Below are positions 1 to 13,775 of a stretch of DNA of 64,000 nucleotides, in pieces (position 1 is the stretch's first letter; every line of letters starts with the position of its first letter). The stretch is from Octopus vulgaris. Its lineage: Eukaryota. The notes under the pieces are model-generated. The model was not told the origin of the DNA. It made no database searches and saw only the letters and a program-made list of their open reading frames with translations. The DNA lies in assembly GCA_951406725.2 (NCBI GenBank), contig OX597835.1, positions 21,452,001-21,516,000 of the forward strand, written 5' to 3'. A program made the translations under genes and the position numbers.

Positions 1-780
1 GGCGAAAGGTTTGCAGAGGAATGTCGGAATTCAGATGATTCTGAGATTCTTTTGTGTCTTGCCAAAGCTGTAATCACAGTAGCCGATAGCTGTCCATGTA
101 TTCTTATGCTGACAAAATAACAGACAAGGGAAACAAGAAAATTTGTTTAGAATGGGACCTCCTATCAGCCAACTCATACTGTTTTACTCTCTTTTACTCT
201 CTTTTACTTGTTTCAGTCATTTGACTGCGGCCATGCTGGAGCACCGCCTTTAGTCGAGCGACTCGACCCTGGGACTTATTCTTTTGTAAGCCCAGTACTT
301 ATTCTATCGGTCTCTTTTGCCGAACCGCTAAGTAACGGGGACATAAACACACCAGCATCGGTTGTCAAGCAATGCTAGGGGTACAAACACAGACACACAA
401 ACACACACACGCACATATATATATATACATATATACGACGGGCTTCTTTCAGTTTCCGTTTCCGTCTACCAAATCCACTCACAAGGCTTTGGTCGGCCCG
501 AGGCTATAGTAGAAGACACTTGCCCAAGGTGCCACGCAGTGGGACTCAACCCGGAACCATGTGGTTGGTAAACAAGCTACTTACCACACAGCCACTCCTG
601 GTAATAATTTGAATCAAAGTAACGATAACAGTCCTTGCTACCCACTGTAGTTTTGGTTTTCAATTCAAGCTTTGGTTTCTCTCTTCCAAGAAAAATCATC
701 TCTTTTTTCTCTTCCAAGCTTCTTGCAAAAGGTTGTGAAAGTAGTAAGGAAACTGAGTTAACTGACTCTTTTGCCATTTT
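1..780 (-). pseudogene. Degraded hAT-superfamily transposase N-terminus (TTF-type zinc finger, ZMYM1-like), split by a SINE
   Basis: ORF 577-777 reads LLSQPFARSLEEKKEMIFLGREKPKL...RYFDSNYY. Beyond the SINE at 183-600 the minus strand continues WLIGGPILNKFSCFPCLLF..NTWTAIGYCD, then frameshifted ARH..ESQNHL. This fits the WL..CxxCLLF..W..G..RHxxSxxH TTF finger pattern. Confidence 0.75.
183..600 (-). mobile_element. tRNA-derived SINE, family A
   Basis: Minus strand has the head GGAGTGGCTGTGTGGTAAG, a B-box-like GGTTGAGTCCC, an internal (TA)/(TG) tract and an (AAAAGAGT)n tail. Many near-identical copies occur in the window. Confidence 0.9.
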
Positions 781-791
781 GTGGGTAAATA

Positions 792-1024
792 TATTTCTTT
801 ACTATCCACAAGGGGCTAAACATAGAGGGGACAAACAAGGACAGACAAAGGGATTAAGTCGATTACATCGAACCCAGTGCGAAACTGGTACTGTATTTAT
901 CGACCCCGAAAGGATGGAAGGCAAAGTCTACCACGGCGGAATTTGAACTCAGAACGTAACGTCAGACGAAATACCGCTAAGCATTTCGCCCGGCGGCGCT
1001 AACGTTTCTGCCAGCTCGCCGCCT
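792..1024 (-). mobile_element. tRNA-derived SINE, family B
   Basis: Head AGGCGGCGAGCTGGCAGAA and B box GTTCAAATTC. TSD GGTAAATA at 784-791 and 1025-1032. Confidence 0.88.
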
Positions 1025-1334
1025 GGTAAATAAAAACTGGAATGTTAGTGAGTATTAATTTTGTTTTCGATGAATCAACAAAAATCTTGCAATGAATCTA
1101 ATAACAAAATTAGGCTCTTGTTTGCTTGTTTGTCTAAATTTCTTGAAAATAATTTTAAATATTTAGAATTAAATTTCAAAGCATTGGCATTAATAAATAG
1201 ATAATTAGATAAAAACGTTACCTTTTAACCACTCAAAATCAAATTCGCTGCTAGATCCTTTGCGCAGCTAATGAATTCTGGGAGGTGGTCAGATGATTAA
1301 CTTCCACGAGGTAGTGTTGTGACTTTTGACCCCT

Positions 1335-1565
1335 ATTTCTTTACTACCCACAAGGAGCTAAACACAGAAGGGACAAACAAGAACAGACAAACGGATTAAG
1401 TCGATTATATCGACCCCAGTCGATAACTGGTGCTTATTTAATCGACCCCGAAAGGATGAAAGGCAAAGTCGACCTCGGCGGAATTTGAACTCAGAACGTA
1501 GCGGCAGACGAAATACCGCTGAACATTTCGCCCGTCGTGCTAACGATTCTGCCAAGCTCGCCGCC
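1335..1565 (-). mobile_element. SINE family B
   Basis: Full copy flanked by TSD TTTTGACCCCT (1324-1334 and 1566-1576). Confidence 0.9.
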
Positions 1566-2103
1566 TTTTGACCCCTAAATAGGGGTGACTTTTGACACCT
1601 AAATAGGCAGTTAAGAAAAGTTAAGAAAGTAAGCAGGAAAAAGAATTGCCTTACTCGCCGTTTTGACCTACATATTTTTTTCTCTCTCTCCATTCCCCAG
1701 AAAACAGCGGACAAGTTGTCTATCTTTTCAATTCCCCAAAGGCATGCAAGTGTATTTATTTTCTGTAGCGGTCCTACAATGTCATTTCTTTTAATAACGG
1801 TTGCTGACCAATCCAATTCATTCTATTTATACAACCGTTCACTTTTAGAGTCAGAAACAAATGTTTTTTTTTTTTCTGTGTGCTGTGTCTCTTCAGAGGT
1901 CATTAGTCATAATTCATTCATGCTACCACTACCCAGCGGGAAGTGAAAAAATAATTCTCGAGAAAATAAAGGAAAGTTAAAATTATCCATAATTTTACAT
2001 TAAACAAAAAATTATCTATCCTAGAAAAGAAGGCCTGCAATATATGTGTTGCAAACATGGACGCCTCGCGCCTGGTGTATATATATGTATGTGTGTGTGT
2101 GTG

Positions 2104-2333
2104 AAGGCGGCGAGCTGGCAGAAACGTTAGCACGCCGGGCGAAATGCGTAGCCGTATTTCGTCTGCCATTACGTTCTGAGTTCAAATGCCGCAGAGTTCG
2201 ACTTTGCCTTTCATCCTTTCGAGGTCGATAAATTAAGTACCAGTTACGCACTGGGGTCGAGGTAATCGACTTTATCCGTTTGTCTGTCTTTGTTTGTCCC
2301 CTCTGTGTTTAGCCCCCTGTGAGTAGTAAAGAA
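2104..2333 (+). mobile_element. SINE family B
   Basis: AAGGCGGCGAGCTGGCAGAAACGTTAGC...GTAGTAAAGAA, inserted in (TG)n. Confidence 0.88.
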
Positions 2334-2364
<31 letters not shown>

Positions 2365-2399
2365 TGTGTGTGTGTGTGTGTGTATGTTTATATATATAT

Positions 2400-2565
2400 G
2401 CGCAGGCATGGCTGTGTGGTAGGAACCTTGCTTTCCAACCACATGGTCCTGAGTTCAGTCCCACTGTGTGACACTTTGAACAAATGTCTTCTACTATAGT
2501 TTCGAATCAACTAAAGCCTTTTGAGTGGATTTGGTAGACGGAAACTGATAGAAGCACGTCGTGTG

Positions 2566-2628
<63 letters not shown>

Positions 2629-2732
2629 ATGCGTGTGTGTGTGTGTGTATATTTATGTGTGCGTTTCTTTGTGTCTGTGTTAGTCACCCACCTTCCATCG
2701 CCGCAGTCAAATGGCTGAAACAAGTAAAAGAA
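2400..2732 (+). mobile_element. SINE family A, diverged with internal deletion
   Basis: Head GCGCAGGCATGGCTGTGTGG and tail GCCGCAGTCAAATGGCTGAAACAAGTAAAAG. Confidence 0.8.
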
Positions 2733-3849
2733 TTTTTAAAAATAGCTTTGCAGAGTTATCTGATGCATTTAAGGGACATGACTAAACCTGGTTGTACTTC
2801 AAATGAATTTCAGCGGATGTTTGTGTGTGTGTGTGTTTGGATATGTTCTAAGTATTTGATCTCTATCGTTTAATATATTATCTGTTATTAATATAGCGGT
2901 CTTTTCTGCAGTACCTATGTTGCACGTTTCATTGCCATTTTCATCATTAACCGATTCTATTTATGCGTTTGTTGCTATTTATGTTTCTATATTTTTTTAC
3001 ATGTAGCAGTGGATTTATTTATTTAGTTATTCCTTTTTTGGTCCCGATATCAGTTCCATTTTATTTGTATCTTCTCTGTGAGATACATAAAATAATAACA
3101 TATAAACAACTAAGGTTGGAATAATGGGCTATAAAATTTGCAGAAATAAAATAATGTACGTATGTGTCTGTGAATGTGTGTGTGAGTGTGTATGTGAGTT
3201 TGAAAATCATAAAATTAGTGAAACCGGTTTGGTCTTTAAAAATTAAAAATCCAATTAGTGAAGCGGTTTCAAGCCGGTGAATCGAAACTGCTTTGTATTG
3301 TTGTCTCCTGATAGTAGAGCTCCCTTTCGTTTACGATATTCTCTACGTGAATAAACAAATACTCTAACGTGGTAGAAAACAAACAACAACAATACGCTAC
3401 CGTTTTTAAAAATGGAAACATGAAAACCTTCGTACATAAGAAAAAGATGGTCACGCATGAATTTCATTTCATCATAATTTTACCACATTAAACAACTTTG
3501 CCCGAACTTGTGCCTAGGAGGGTAACTTTCTAGGCGCAATCCCACGGTCAGTGTCGTGACCGAAGGGAGTCCCGATGACTGGTTTGGAGTAAATGAATAA
3601 ACACAATGACTACAGGAACCAACAGTAATGTCTCAAGGTGCTCACTAAACCTGCCTACCAAATCTCACTCAAATTATATCTAGTTCTCTTAGATTTTCTA
3701 AGAATAACACAAGGACACATTTGAAGATTTAATCCTGAATAACTGATGAGTAAAATAGGATAATTACTGTTACTAGTACATTTGATTGTAATATGTTGCA
3801 TTCAGAAAGGCAATACGAGCACCACAGAAGAAAGTAATATATAAGCTAG

Positions 3850-4114
3850 GACCCTCGTCGTCGTAACCGACGGAGTGCTTCTATGTATGTATGTATGTAT
3901 GTATGTATGTATGTATGTATGTATGTATGTATGTATGTATGCATGCATGCATGTGCGTATGTACGTATGTATGTATGTATGTATGTATGTATGTATGTAT
4001 GTATGTATGTATGTATGTATGCATGCATGCATGTATGTATGTATGTATGTATGTATGTATGCATGCATGCATGCATGTATGTATGTATGTATGTATGTAT
4101 GTATGTATGTATGC

Positions 4115-4147
<33 letters not shown>

Positions 4148-4593
4148 TGCATGCATGCATGCATGCATGTATGTATGTATGTATGTATGTATGTATGTAT
4201 GTATGTATGTATGTGCATGCATGCATGCATGCATGTATGTATGTATGTATGTATGTATGTATGTATGTATGTATGTATGCATGCATGCATGCATGTATGT
4301 ATGTATGTATGTATGTACATACGCACGTATGTATGTATGTATGTATGTATGCATGCATGTATGCATGTATGTATGTATGTATGTATGTATGTATGTATGT
4401 ATGTATGTATGTATGCATGCATGCATGTATGCATGCATGTATGTATGTATGTATGTATGTATGTATGTATGTATGTATGTATGTATGTATGTATGTATGT
4501 GCATGCATGCATGCATGCATGTATGTATGTATGTATGTATGTATGTATGCATGCATGCATGTATGTATGTATGTACGTACGTATGTATGTATG

Positions 4594-4623
<30 letters not shown>
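3850..4623 (+). repeat. (TATG)n/(CATG)n array of ~740 bp following a SINE family C 3' end
   Basis: CCCTCGTCGTCGTAACCGACGGAGTGC at ~3852-3878 matches the family C 3' end; the tetranucleotide array follows. Confidence 0.9.
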
Positions 4624-4624
<1 letters not shown>

Positions 4625-5009
4625 GGCTTACTCGATCGGGCTAGACCGTGAGCTCGGAAACAAGAATACCAGTAATAACGCCAAAAACGGCCATAATAAG
4701 TCTAGCTGTATTTAAAATATGAATACTTTCCTCTCAAAATAGCAGAAGATGGGAAAAACCTTTTGAATTTAAAGAATGGATTGTTCGGCAGACATTTCTA
4801 AATTTGACATTTAATTCTCAACGTTTTAAGTTAAGATTTGTGAGTTTCTATGAAAATGACCATTACAAATGTTTATATGTCTGTTGTACATTGTACTGTC
4901 AATTTAGAAATTTATAATCCTGTTTTGATTTAAGAAAATATTTGTGCGTGTATATACGTATGTGTATTTGTATAAGTATATATATATATATATATATATA
5001 TATACAAAG

Positions 5010-5041
<32 letters not shown>

Positions 5042-5143
5042 TAATTACTTATGTTTTCTATATACACACTTATATATATTTTATATATATATGTGTGTGT
5101 GTCTACATTATATACACTCTTAATGTACAACGGAATTCTCCCT

Positions 5144-5208
<65 letters not shown>

Positions 5209-5556
5209 CTGTCATACATACACACATACATACACATACGCATGGAAAGACACACTCAATATACGTGCACATAATCTGTGTATGTGTGTACGCTCGTTTG
5301 TTTTTTGTTATGTATATGTATCCAAATATCCGTATGCATGCGTTTGGACGTGTGTATGTGTATGTATGTGTGTGTGTGTGGATGGGTATGTGTGTGAGTG
5401 TGTATGTATATTTTTAGAGAGAAAGAAAGCGAGAGAGAAAGAGAGAGAGAATGAGGGAGCCCAGAGAGAGAGAGAGAGCACGCATTTTGTTGTATATGTA
5501 ACATTAAGGGTAAATAATATCAAAAGCATCAATAACTGCAACAACGAAACAACAGC

Positions 5557-5557
5557 A

Positions 5558-5625
<68 letters not shown>

Positions 5626-5728
5626 CAACAATAATAACAATAATAATAATAATAATAATAACAACAATAATAATAATAATAATAATTACAATAATAACAA
5701 TAATAATAATAATAACAACAACAACAAC

Positions 5729-5785
<57 letters not shown>
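5557..5785. repeat. (AAT)n/(AAC)n microsatellite
   Basis: Seen directly. Confidence 0.95.
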
Positions 5786-6053
5786 CCATTAAAGGTCATC
5801 AGTAAAATGTTAGATAAAAATCTGTAAATAACTGGAATCCTAACAAAGGCATCTCATCATGTTTAATATGTCTGCCAAGGCTGTTATAGAGGGTGAGGTC
5901 ATTACTTTTAACTTATTCCAAAATGGAAACACTATTTCAGTAGATTCCGCCATTTAACTAAGTCCATGCTGGAGCAACGCTTTCAAAGATTATTCAGGAA
6001 ATGACTTTTTAATCTTTTGCCCTCTTGTTCTTTGATTTGTGTTAGTAAATCAA

Positions 6054-6315
6054 AGAAACTGAAACTGAAAGAAGCCCGTCGTATATATATGTATGTGTGT
6101 ATATATGTTTGTGTGTCTGTGTTTGTCTCTCCAACACTGCTTGACAACCAATGCTTGTGTGTTTACGTCCCCGTAACTTAGACGTTCGGCTAAAGAGACC
6201 AATATAATAAACACTATGCATACAACGAATAAGTCTCGGGGTCGATTTGCTCAACTAAATGTGATGCTCCAGCATGGCCGCAATCAAATAACTGAAACAG
6301 GAAAAGAGTAAAGAG
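6054..6315 (+). mobile_element. SINE family A, 3' portion
   Basis: GAAACTGAAAGAAGCCCGTCG...CCAGCATGGCCGCA...AAAAGAGTAAAGAG. Confidence 0.8.
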
Positions 6316-6339
6316 TTTCATTACTTCTTGATTACACCT

Positions 6340-6383
<44 letters not shown>

Positions 6384-7634
6384 TATACATCGCCCACAAT
6401 ATCGGCAGATACATCTCAGTGAACACATTGCAGAACAACTGCAACCACAATTCCTAATCTTCCCGTGATATCAATGTACTATTTGGACCTCAACATATAT
6501 GAGACCAAATAAAGAGGCCTCATTTATCGAATGCGAACTCGGTCATTTTATTAGAGGAAAAAAAAATCTTATTTTGTATAATATTGTATAATACTTTCGC
6601 CATGACGACTTAAATATATTCTTAAGTCTCGTAAGACAAATCTGTTTTTTCATCTTATGATTTTTCTTGTGTATGTGTGCGCGTGTGTATGGGGGGGAGT
6701 TTTAAATTTTTCGAAGACAAAATAATGCCTGTTAGGAAAAATTTAGAAGCGGCGTGGTTTGTATTTTTACTTCGTATTTCAATACTCTAGGGTCAGGCGG
6801 CCTTCTTCGAAAAATCTTCGGAGAAATGGAGTAGTGAGCTAGGTTCCCTATTCTGTAGCGTGTGTGTATATGAAAAGTTGCCTTACATGCGCAGCATAAC
6901 GTTGCAATACTTTCTATTGTTAATATGTGAACTGGTATTGCTAATTAAGATAGCCTCTTTCATTCTCAGGTTCCCAATATTTCATTCAATATGTGCAATA
7001 TATTTATATGTATGCGTGTATGTATGTATGTATGTATGCATGTATGCATGAATGTATGTTTGTATGTATGTATGTATGTATGTATGTATGTATGTATGTA
7101 TGATTTTTTGGACTACTTCGTGTAATTGCGAATACAAAAGTTTGGTACGAGCTCTTCTAAGATTTTCCAGATGTATATTACTGCGTATTTCTCACGCTTT
7201 CGTTATATATGTGTGTGTATGTGTGTGTATGTATGTATATATGTATTAATTTACATATATATATATATATATAATTATATATATAAAGATGCGTGTATCT
7301 GTGTGTGATCTTGTATGTATATGTGGACATGCGTATGTGTGTGTGTGTGTGTGTCTGCATTGTTTATGCGTGTGTATGATTAAAATGTCTTCCAAAAAAC
7401 AAGAAACGTTTCAATTTAGCTTAATTTCCCTGAATCAATGAGTATTTATTATGTCCGTTATCGTCCGTTGTCTGTTATAAGACGTGTGACGACTGCTGGA
7501 GTTCGTTTTGTTATGGTCATGTTGGAGAACCCAATGCACCTACACACACACGCACACACACACGCGCAAAGAAATCCAGTCTGTACGTGTGGGTGTGTAT
7601 CTGTGCTTTTATGTATACATACATGAATATATAT

Positions 7635-7784
7635 ATATATGTGTGTGTGTTATACATATATATTATGCATATGTCTATATACCTCCTCTTGTATGTATAT
7701 ATATAAATATATATATGTATATACATACAAGAGGAGGTATATAGATATATGCATAATATATATGTATAACACACACACATATAT
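7635..7784. repeat. Near-perfect palindrome centred on a TA tract
   Basis: Arms of ~67 bp contain TATACCTCCTCTTGTATG and CATACAAGAGGAGGTATA; one mismatch seen. Confidence 0.9.
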
Positions 7785-7820
7785 TTGTCTCTATTTATAT
7801 ATATATAATATATGTGTATG

Positions 7821-7869
<49 letters not shown>

Positions 7870-8389
7870 TCATGTATGTATACATATATATTTATATACA
7901 TATATATGTATATACATATGTATATTTATTTATATTATACTATATTATGTATTATACATTTACATACGCATATATATGCATATATATGTGTACATGTCTA
8001 TGTTTCTGTATGTATGTATTGCTGTATATACATACATTGGGATCGGTCTTCAGGTTGGAAAAAATGACTACAAATCATTCAGATTTCCTGTGTGTATATA
8101 TTTTAGTTTCTCAAACGTGACAACAGAAAAAAGATAGTCAAGTTTGTATTGGCGCCTGTCTGTGTATGTGTATTTCTGTCACTCCCTCTTTCTCTCTCGC
8201 TCCGCATTCTTCCTCACTCTCCATTCGCCTCCTTCCATTCTTCTCCCCTTCCCCTTCGCTCTCCTCCTCTCCCTCTCTTCCTCTCTCTCTCCTGCTCTCT
8301 CTTTTTGCGCTCTTTATTTTTGCGTGTGCGCATTTACGTACTCATGAAAATGTACATTTGTAAATATATAAAATATATACACATAGATT

Positions 8390-8448
<59 letters not shown>

Positions 8449-8639
8449 GTACATGCATATATTCGAGCATCTATATATACATATATACATACATAAATAT
8501 ATAGACATACCTATATGCATACAGTCGTACATACCCATATATATATATATACGTTCATACGTACATATATACATGCATACAAGCATATTTACATAGGCAT
8601 ACACATATGTATATATATGCATATAGACATAAATTCATA

Positions 8640-9110
8640 TACACCTACATACATACATGCATACATACATACATGCATACATACATACGTGCGTACGTAC
8701 GTACATACATATATACATACATACATACGTACGTACGTACATACAAAGATACATGCATACATGCATACATACATACATATATACATACATACATACATAC
8801 GTACGTACGTACATACATACATATATACAAACATACATACATACATACATACGTACGTACATACATACATACGTACATACGTACATACATACATACATAC
8901 ATACATACATACATACATACATACATACATACATACATACATACATACATACATACATACATACATACATACGTACGTACGTACATACATACATACATAC
9001 ACACATATATACATGCATACATAACATACATACATACATACATAACATACATGCATACATACATACATACATACATACATACATACATACATACATACAT
9101 ACATACATAC
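8640..9110. repeat. (CATA)n/(CGTA)n microsatellite
   Basis: Seen directly. Confidence 0.95.
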
Positions 9111-9619
9111 GAATTCTGTCTGGAACTTTTTACCAAACAAACGTCTTGTGTCACAGTAAAGGAAATTAATAAATGTCTATTTAAAAAAAAAAAAACCAAG
9201 ATTTCTGAAAGAATAAACCAGTAAGTATACAATAGATTTATAGAAGACGGTGGGTAGGAGTAGATGGAAAAGAGAAGGATGGAGAGGGACAGACGGAGAG
9301 AAGGCAGGGGAGGTAAGAAGAACATGGAGGAATATATAGAAGAGAAAGGGTGAAAGAGGAGAAGAAAGAAACAAAGAAAGAGATGAAGAGAGTGAGAGTG
9401 AGAGTGAACAGCACACAAAAATAGATTCCGAATTATCATTGGATGAACATAACTGAAAAATGTCGGTTCTTTTTTTTTTATTTAAAACATATTTTTTCGT
9501 TATACCTTTTTTTTCTATTGTGTATGTGTGTACGTATGTATACATGTTTATCATATATTGATATATACATATAGAGAACGCATACAGAAAAATATTTATG
9601 TATGTCTGGACATTAATAT

Positions 9620-9661
<42 letters not shown>

Positions 9662-9676
9662 ACACACACAAACATA

Positions 9677-10085
9677 CTCTCTTTTACGCTTTTATTCTTT
9701 TACTTGTTTCAGTCATTCGATTGCGGTCATGCTGGAGCACCGTCTTTAGTCGAACAAGTTGACCCCGCCAAGACTTATGTTTTAGAAGCCCAGCCCTTAT
9801 TCTATCGGCCTCTTAAGCCGAACCGGTAGGTTATGGGGACATAGATACACCAACATCGGTTGTCAAGCAATGGTAGGGGGGACAACGACCGGCTTCATTC
9901 AGTTTCCTCTACCAAATCCACTCATAAGGTTTTGGTCGGCCCGAGGTTATAGATACTTGCCCAAGGCCCATGCAATGGAACTCAACAAAGTTCTTACCAC
10001 ACAGCCACACCTGCGCGTATACATACATACATACATACATACATACATACATACATACATACATACATGCATGCATACACATATA

Positions 10086-10130
<45 letters not shown>

Positions 10131-10378
10131 GCTTGCATCCCAAACACATGGTTACGACACTTCAGTCCCACTGCGTGCCACCTGGGGCATGTGGCTTCCA
10201 CTGTAGCCTCGAGCCGACTGGCTTCTTTCGGTTTCCGTCTACCACATCCACTCACAAGGCTTTGGTCGGCTCGAGGTTATAGTAGAAGACACCTGCCCAA
10301 CGTGCCACGCAGTGGGACTGAACCCGAAACCATGTGGTTGGAAAGCAAGTTTCTTAACACACACCCATTCCCGCGCCT
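9677..10378 (-). mobile_element. Cluster of diverged SINE family A pieces, including a plus-strand head fragment at ~10128-10217
   Basis: Family A tail and core at 9677-10016; head half at 10220-10378. Confidence 0.75.
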
Positions 10379-10739
10379 ATCATGTACATAATAAAATTTT
10401 CAAGAGCCGATTGAATCAGATATTTAATGAGTAAGAGCCAGGGGATAGTGCACCAGTGCATTGACAATGTGTGCTGACACATACGTACTCACTGAATTAA
10501 ATACGGATCTGTCATTGCAGCTATACACATATTTACATGTACTGACAGAATACACAACGTGTACTCTGTACACACAAGTCACACAAGGGTACACACGTAT
10601 TCCACGTTTCCAACCGTTTCAGTCTGGAGTATACATAATATATATTGATAAATAGATAGCTAGTTAGATGCATACATGCATACATATGTATATATATTTA
10701 TATTTATTTATATATATATATATAAAAGTGTGTGTGTGC

Positions 10740-11045
<306 letters not shown>

Positions 11046-11063
11046 ATATATATATATATATAC

Positions 11064-11143
<80 letters not shown>

Positions 11144-11525
11144 GTGTGTGTGTGTGTATAGGTAGTGAGAGAACGATAAAATTTATCTGACAGCCCAAAA
11201 TAAAATATAATAAAAAATATCAGGATACGCAAAGCTAACATGAGTTTTAAATTTTCATGATATTCTTAACGTCAATAATCCACCCAAAACTAAATTTACC
11301 TGGATTACTGACAATATCGAGTAAACATATTAAGTGTATTATAGACATTGTGTATTTTATAGAATTCTAATACTTTATATATTAGATTTATGCTCAGCTG
11401 TATTATATTAATATTTATATTACGTATTGCTTTTCGAAGAAACATCTTTTAGACTATTGTAGATTTTGTTTGGGTTTTAGAACGATTCCTATTATACATA
11501 GATATGTTATGTGGTTATCTTTATA

Positions 11526-11904
11526 TCTTTATATATAAAAGAGAGGTTGTGTGGTGTCTGTCTCCTACGATTTAGATTCCTAACTACTCCCACATTTTGC
11601 GGTGCAGTTTAACTAAAACCTGGTATCTTATAGTCGTGATTCATATCGAGCCCTTCTGGGTATTAGCGCGCGTCTACGATGAGTCTACGATTTAAAAAAA
11701 AATTTACCATCAATTTTTCCCATTTTTTAATGCATTTTTGGCATATATAAGGGAAGTAACTCTCTAAAAAATTATTATTAAATCTCAGAACGTAAAAAGC
11801 TACAGTAACACCCCATTGAGATGGCTATTATACTTTACATCTCTAAAAATGCTTATATAGTTATTTCCCTTACAAACCCGAGCAACGCCGGGCGATACTG
11901 CTAG
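11526..11904 (+). mobile_element. Non-autonomous Helitron
   Basis: 5' TCTTTATATATAAAA, subterminal hairpin CCCGAGCAACGCCGGG (11877-11892), 3' CTAG, inserted between A and T without TSD. A second copy lies at 29858-30230. Confidence 0.88.
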
Positions 11905-11924
11905 TTTAGAATATTTAGAAAGCG

Positions 11925-12232
11925 AAGGATCGTGGCTTTATTGGGCTATTCGCTCACGATCGTAACGTTGTGTGTTCGATTTCTGGCGGCGTGGCGTGCC
12001 CTTGAGCAAGACACTTTATTTCACGTTGCTCCAGATGGGGACATAAGTAGTATCTGTATTTCAAATTGTCAATGTTATCACATTCTGTGTCACGCTGACT
12101 TTCCCTGAGAACTACGTTAACGGTTGGCAAACGTGTCTGTGGAATGCTCGGCCACTTGCACGTTAGTTTCACGAGCAGGCTGTTCCCTTGATCGGATCAT
12201 CAAGAACCATCATCGTTGTAACCAACAGAGTG
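11925..12232 (+). mobile_element. SINE family C, diverged
   Basis: tRNA-like head with GTTCGATT, central CCTTGAGCAAGACACTTTATTTCACGTTGCTCCAG domain, 3' CATCGTTGTAACCAACAGAGTG. Confidence 0.8.
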
Positions 12233-12281
12233 GAAATTTTTTTTGTTTCGTTTCGATTTTTTTTTTAGAATATTTAATAAT

Positions 12282-12690
12282 AGGCGCAGGAGTTGCTGTG
12301 TTGTAAGTAGCTTGCTTACCAATCACATGTTTCCGGGTTCAGTCCCACTGCGTGGCACCTTGGGCAAGTGTCTTCTACTATAGCCTCGGACCGACCAAAG
12401 ACTTGTGAGTGGATTTGGTAGACAGAAACTGAAAAAAGCCCGTCCTATATGTGTATATATATATATGTGTGTGTGTGTCTGTGATTGTCCCCCACAACAT
12501 TGCTTGACAACCGATGCTGGTGTGTTTACGTCCCCGTAACTTAGCGTTTCGGCAAATGACACCGATAGAATAAGTACTAGGCTAACAAAGAATAAGCGCT
12601 GGGGTCGATTTCTTCGACTAAAGGCGGTGCTCCAGCATTGCCGCAGTCAAATGACTGAAACAAGTAATAGAGTAAAAGAGTAAAGAGAGT
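12282..12690 (+). mobile_element. SINE family A, full length
   Basis: AGGCGCAGGAGT head through the (AAAGAGT)n tail. Confidence 0.92.
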
Positions 12691-12859
12691 AATAAATTTA
12701 AAAGGAATAATTCGTAATGCTTGTCTTCTGTGTTACATTAATATTTTGCCTGTTCTCTGGATCACATGTTGTACACAGCACAGATTACTTATATCTCTAG
12801 CATCAATACATCGTATCTAATATTCCTTCTCAATTTTCTTTCAACCACCCGAATAACAT

Positions 12860-13170
12860 GGGACTTATTAAAGGAAAGCTTCATATGTCTCAGAACGTAT
12901 GGGACAAGCATGGACGCTTAGGACCAACGAATGAAAATGCTTCGGACAGACAAAGGATTAATGCTAGTTAAAATGATGGCTGATAGATCTGTTGATCCTT
13001 TTGGTGTTCCCTGATGTTACTGGTGAGAAAAGAGACTCTAACTTTTGTAGGTAATTCTTAGTGGAACTAGTATACCATGTAACTTAATTAGGTTGTAGTA
13101 GCTGGGATGTAGCTTCTGCAGAATGATGGTAAGACATGAGTGTATTGGCATCAATGTATGAAGGTGTTCT
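12860..13170 (-). pseudogene. Possible old, highly degraded LINE reverse transcriptase fragment
   Basis: Minus strand gives frameshifted IILQKL...WYTSS...PVTSG/TPKGS, reminiscent of the LLxKL and VTSGVPQGS RT motifs. Weak. Confidence 0.35.
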
Positions 13171-13233
13171 TGTTTTCTGTAGGTGTCGTAAATTCTTGTA
13201 GCTATATATTGTAGCTATGTATACCATTCCTTA

Positions 13234-13315
<82 letters not shown>

Positions 13316-13323
13316 ATATATAT

Positions 13324-13631
13324 AAAATTAAATAATAAGGGTAGAAATTGATGTTGATCAATTAAAACCAGTGACTTAGCATATTTAAAAATCCGAAGAT
13401 TAATTGTGTTACATACAAAATTAAGAGGAATGACCACTAAAGTGGACATATGCTAAACATAGACGTCAACTCGCCATTACCACGAAGAATGTTTTCTCAA
13501 TAAAAAAAATCTCAGCAAAAACATCAAAACATGAGATTCTTTTTTTTTCTTGAGAACACATTTTTGTGGTCATGGCGATTTGACGTCTATGTTTAGCATA
13601 TAGGGTGTCCAATTTAGTGGTCATTTTTAAT

Positions 13632-13640
<9 letters not shown>
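13324..13640. mobile_element. TA-flanked insert with ~90-100-bp inverted repeat and one-sided extension (PLE pLTR-like layout)
   Basis: Arms at ~13429-13514 and 13532-13625 (AATGACCACTAAA...TATGCTAAACATAGACGTCAA and its reverse complement); (TA)n on both sides. Confidence 0.6.
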
Positions 13641-13683
<43 letters not shown>

Positions 13684-13775
13684 ATATTAATTAGAGACAA
13701 AACCACTATTTTGCAAAACAAACAAGGAAAGACTTAATCAATACATAAAAATTTAATAAAAAGTAAAAAACACCG

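Noticed and set aside
1-111. Apparent minus-strand splice acceptor and open exon frame
   Set aside because: Better explained as part of the degraded hAT TTF-finger coding sequence, which continues through the supposed intron.
3802-4715. Long ORFs in all six frames (MYVC / HTYI repeats), and similar YI, LSIY, MDGW and poly-N/I/D ORFs across the window
   Set aside because: These are translations of stop-free microsatellites with no coding signature.
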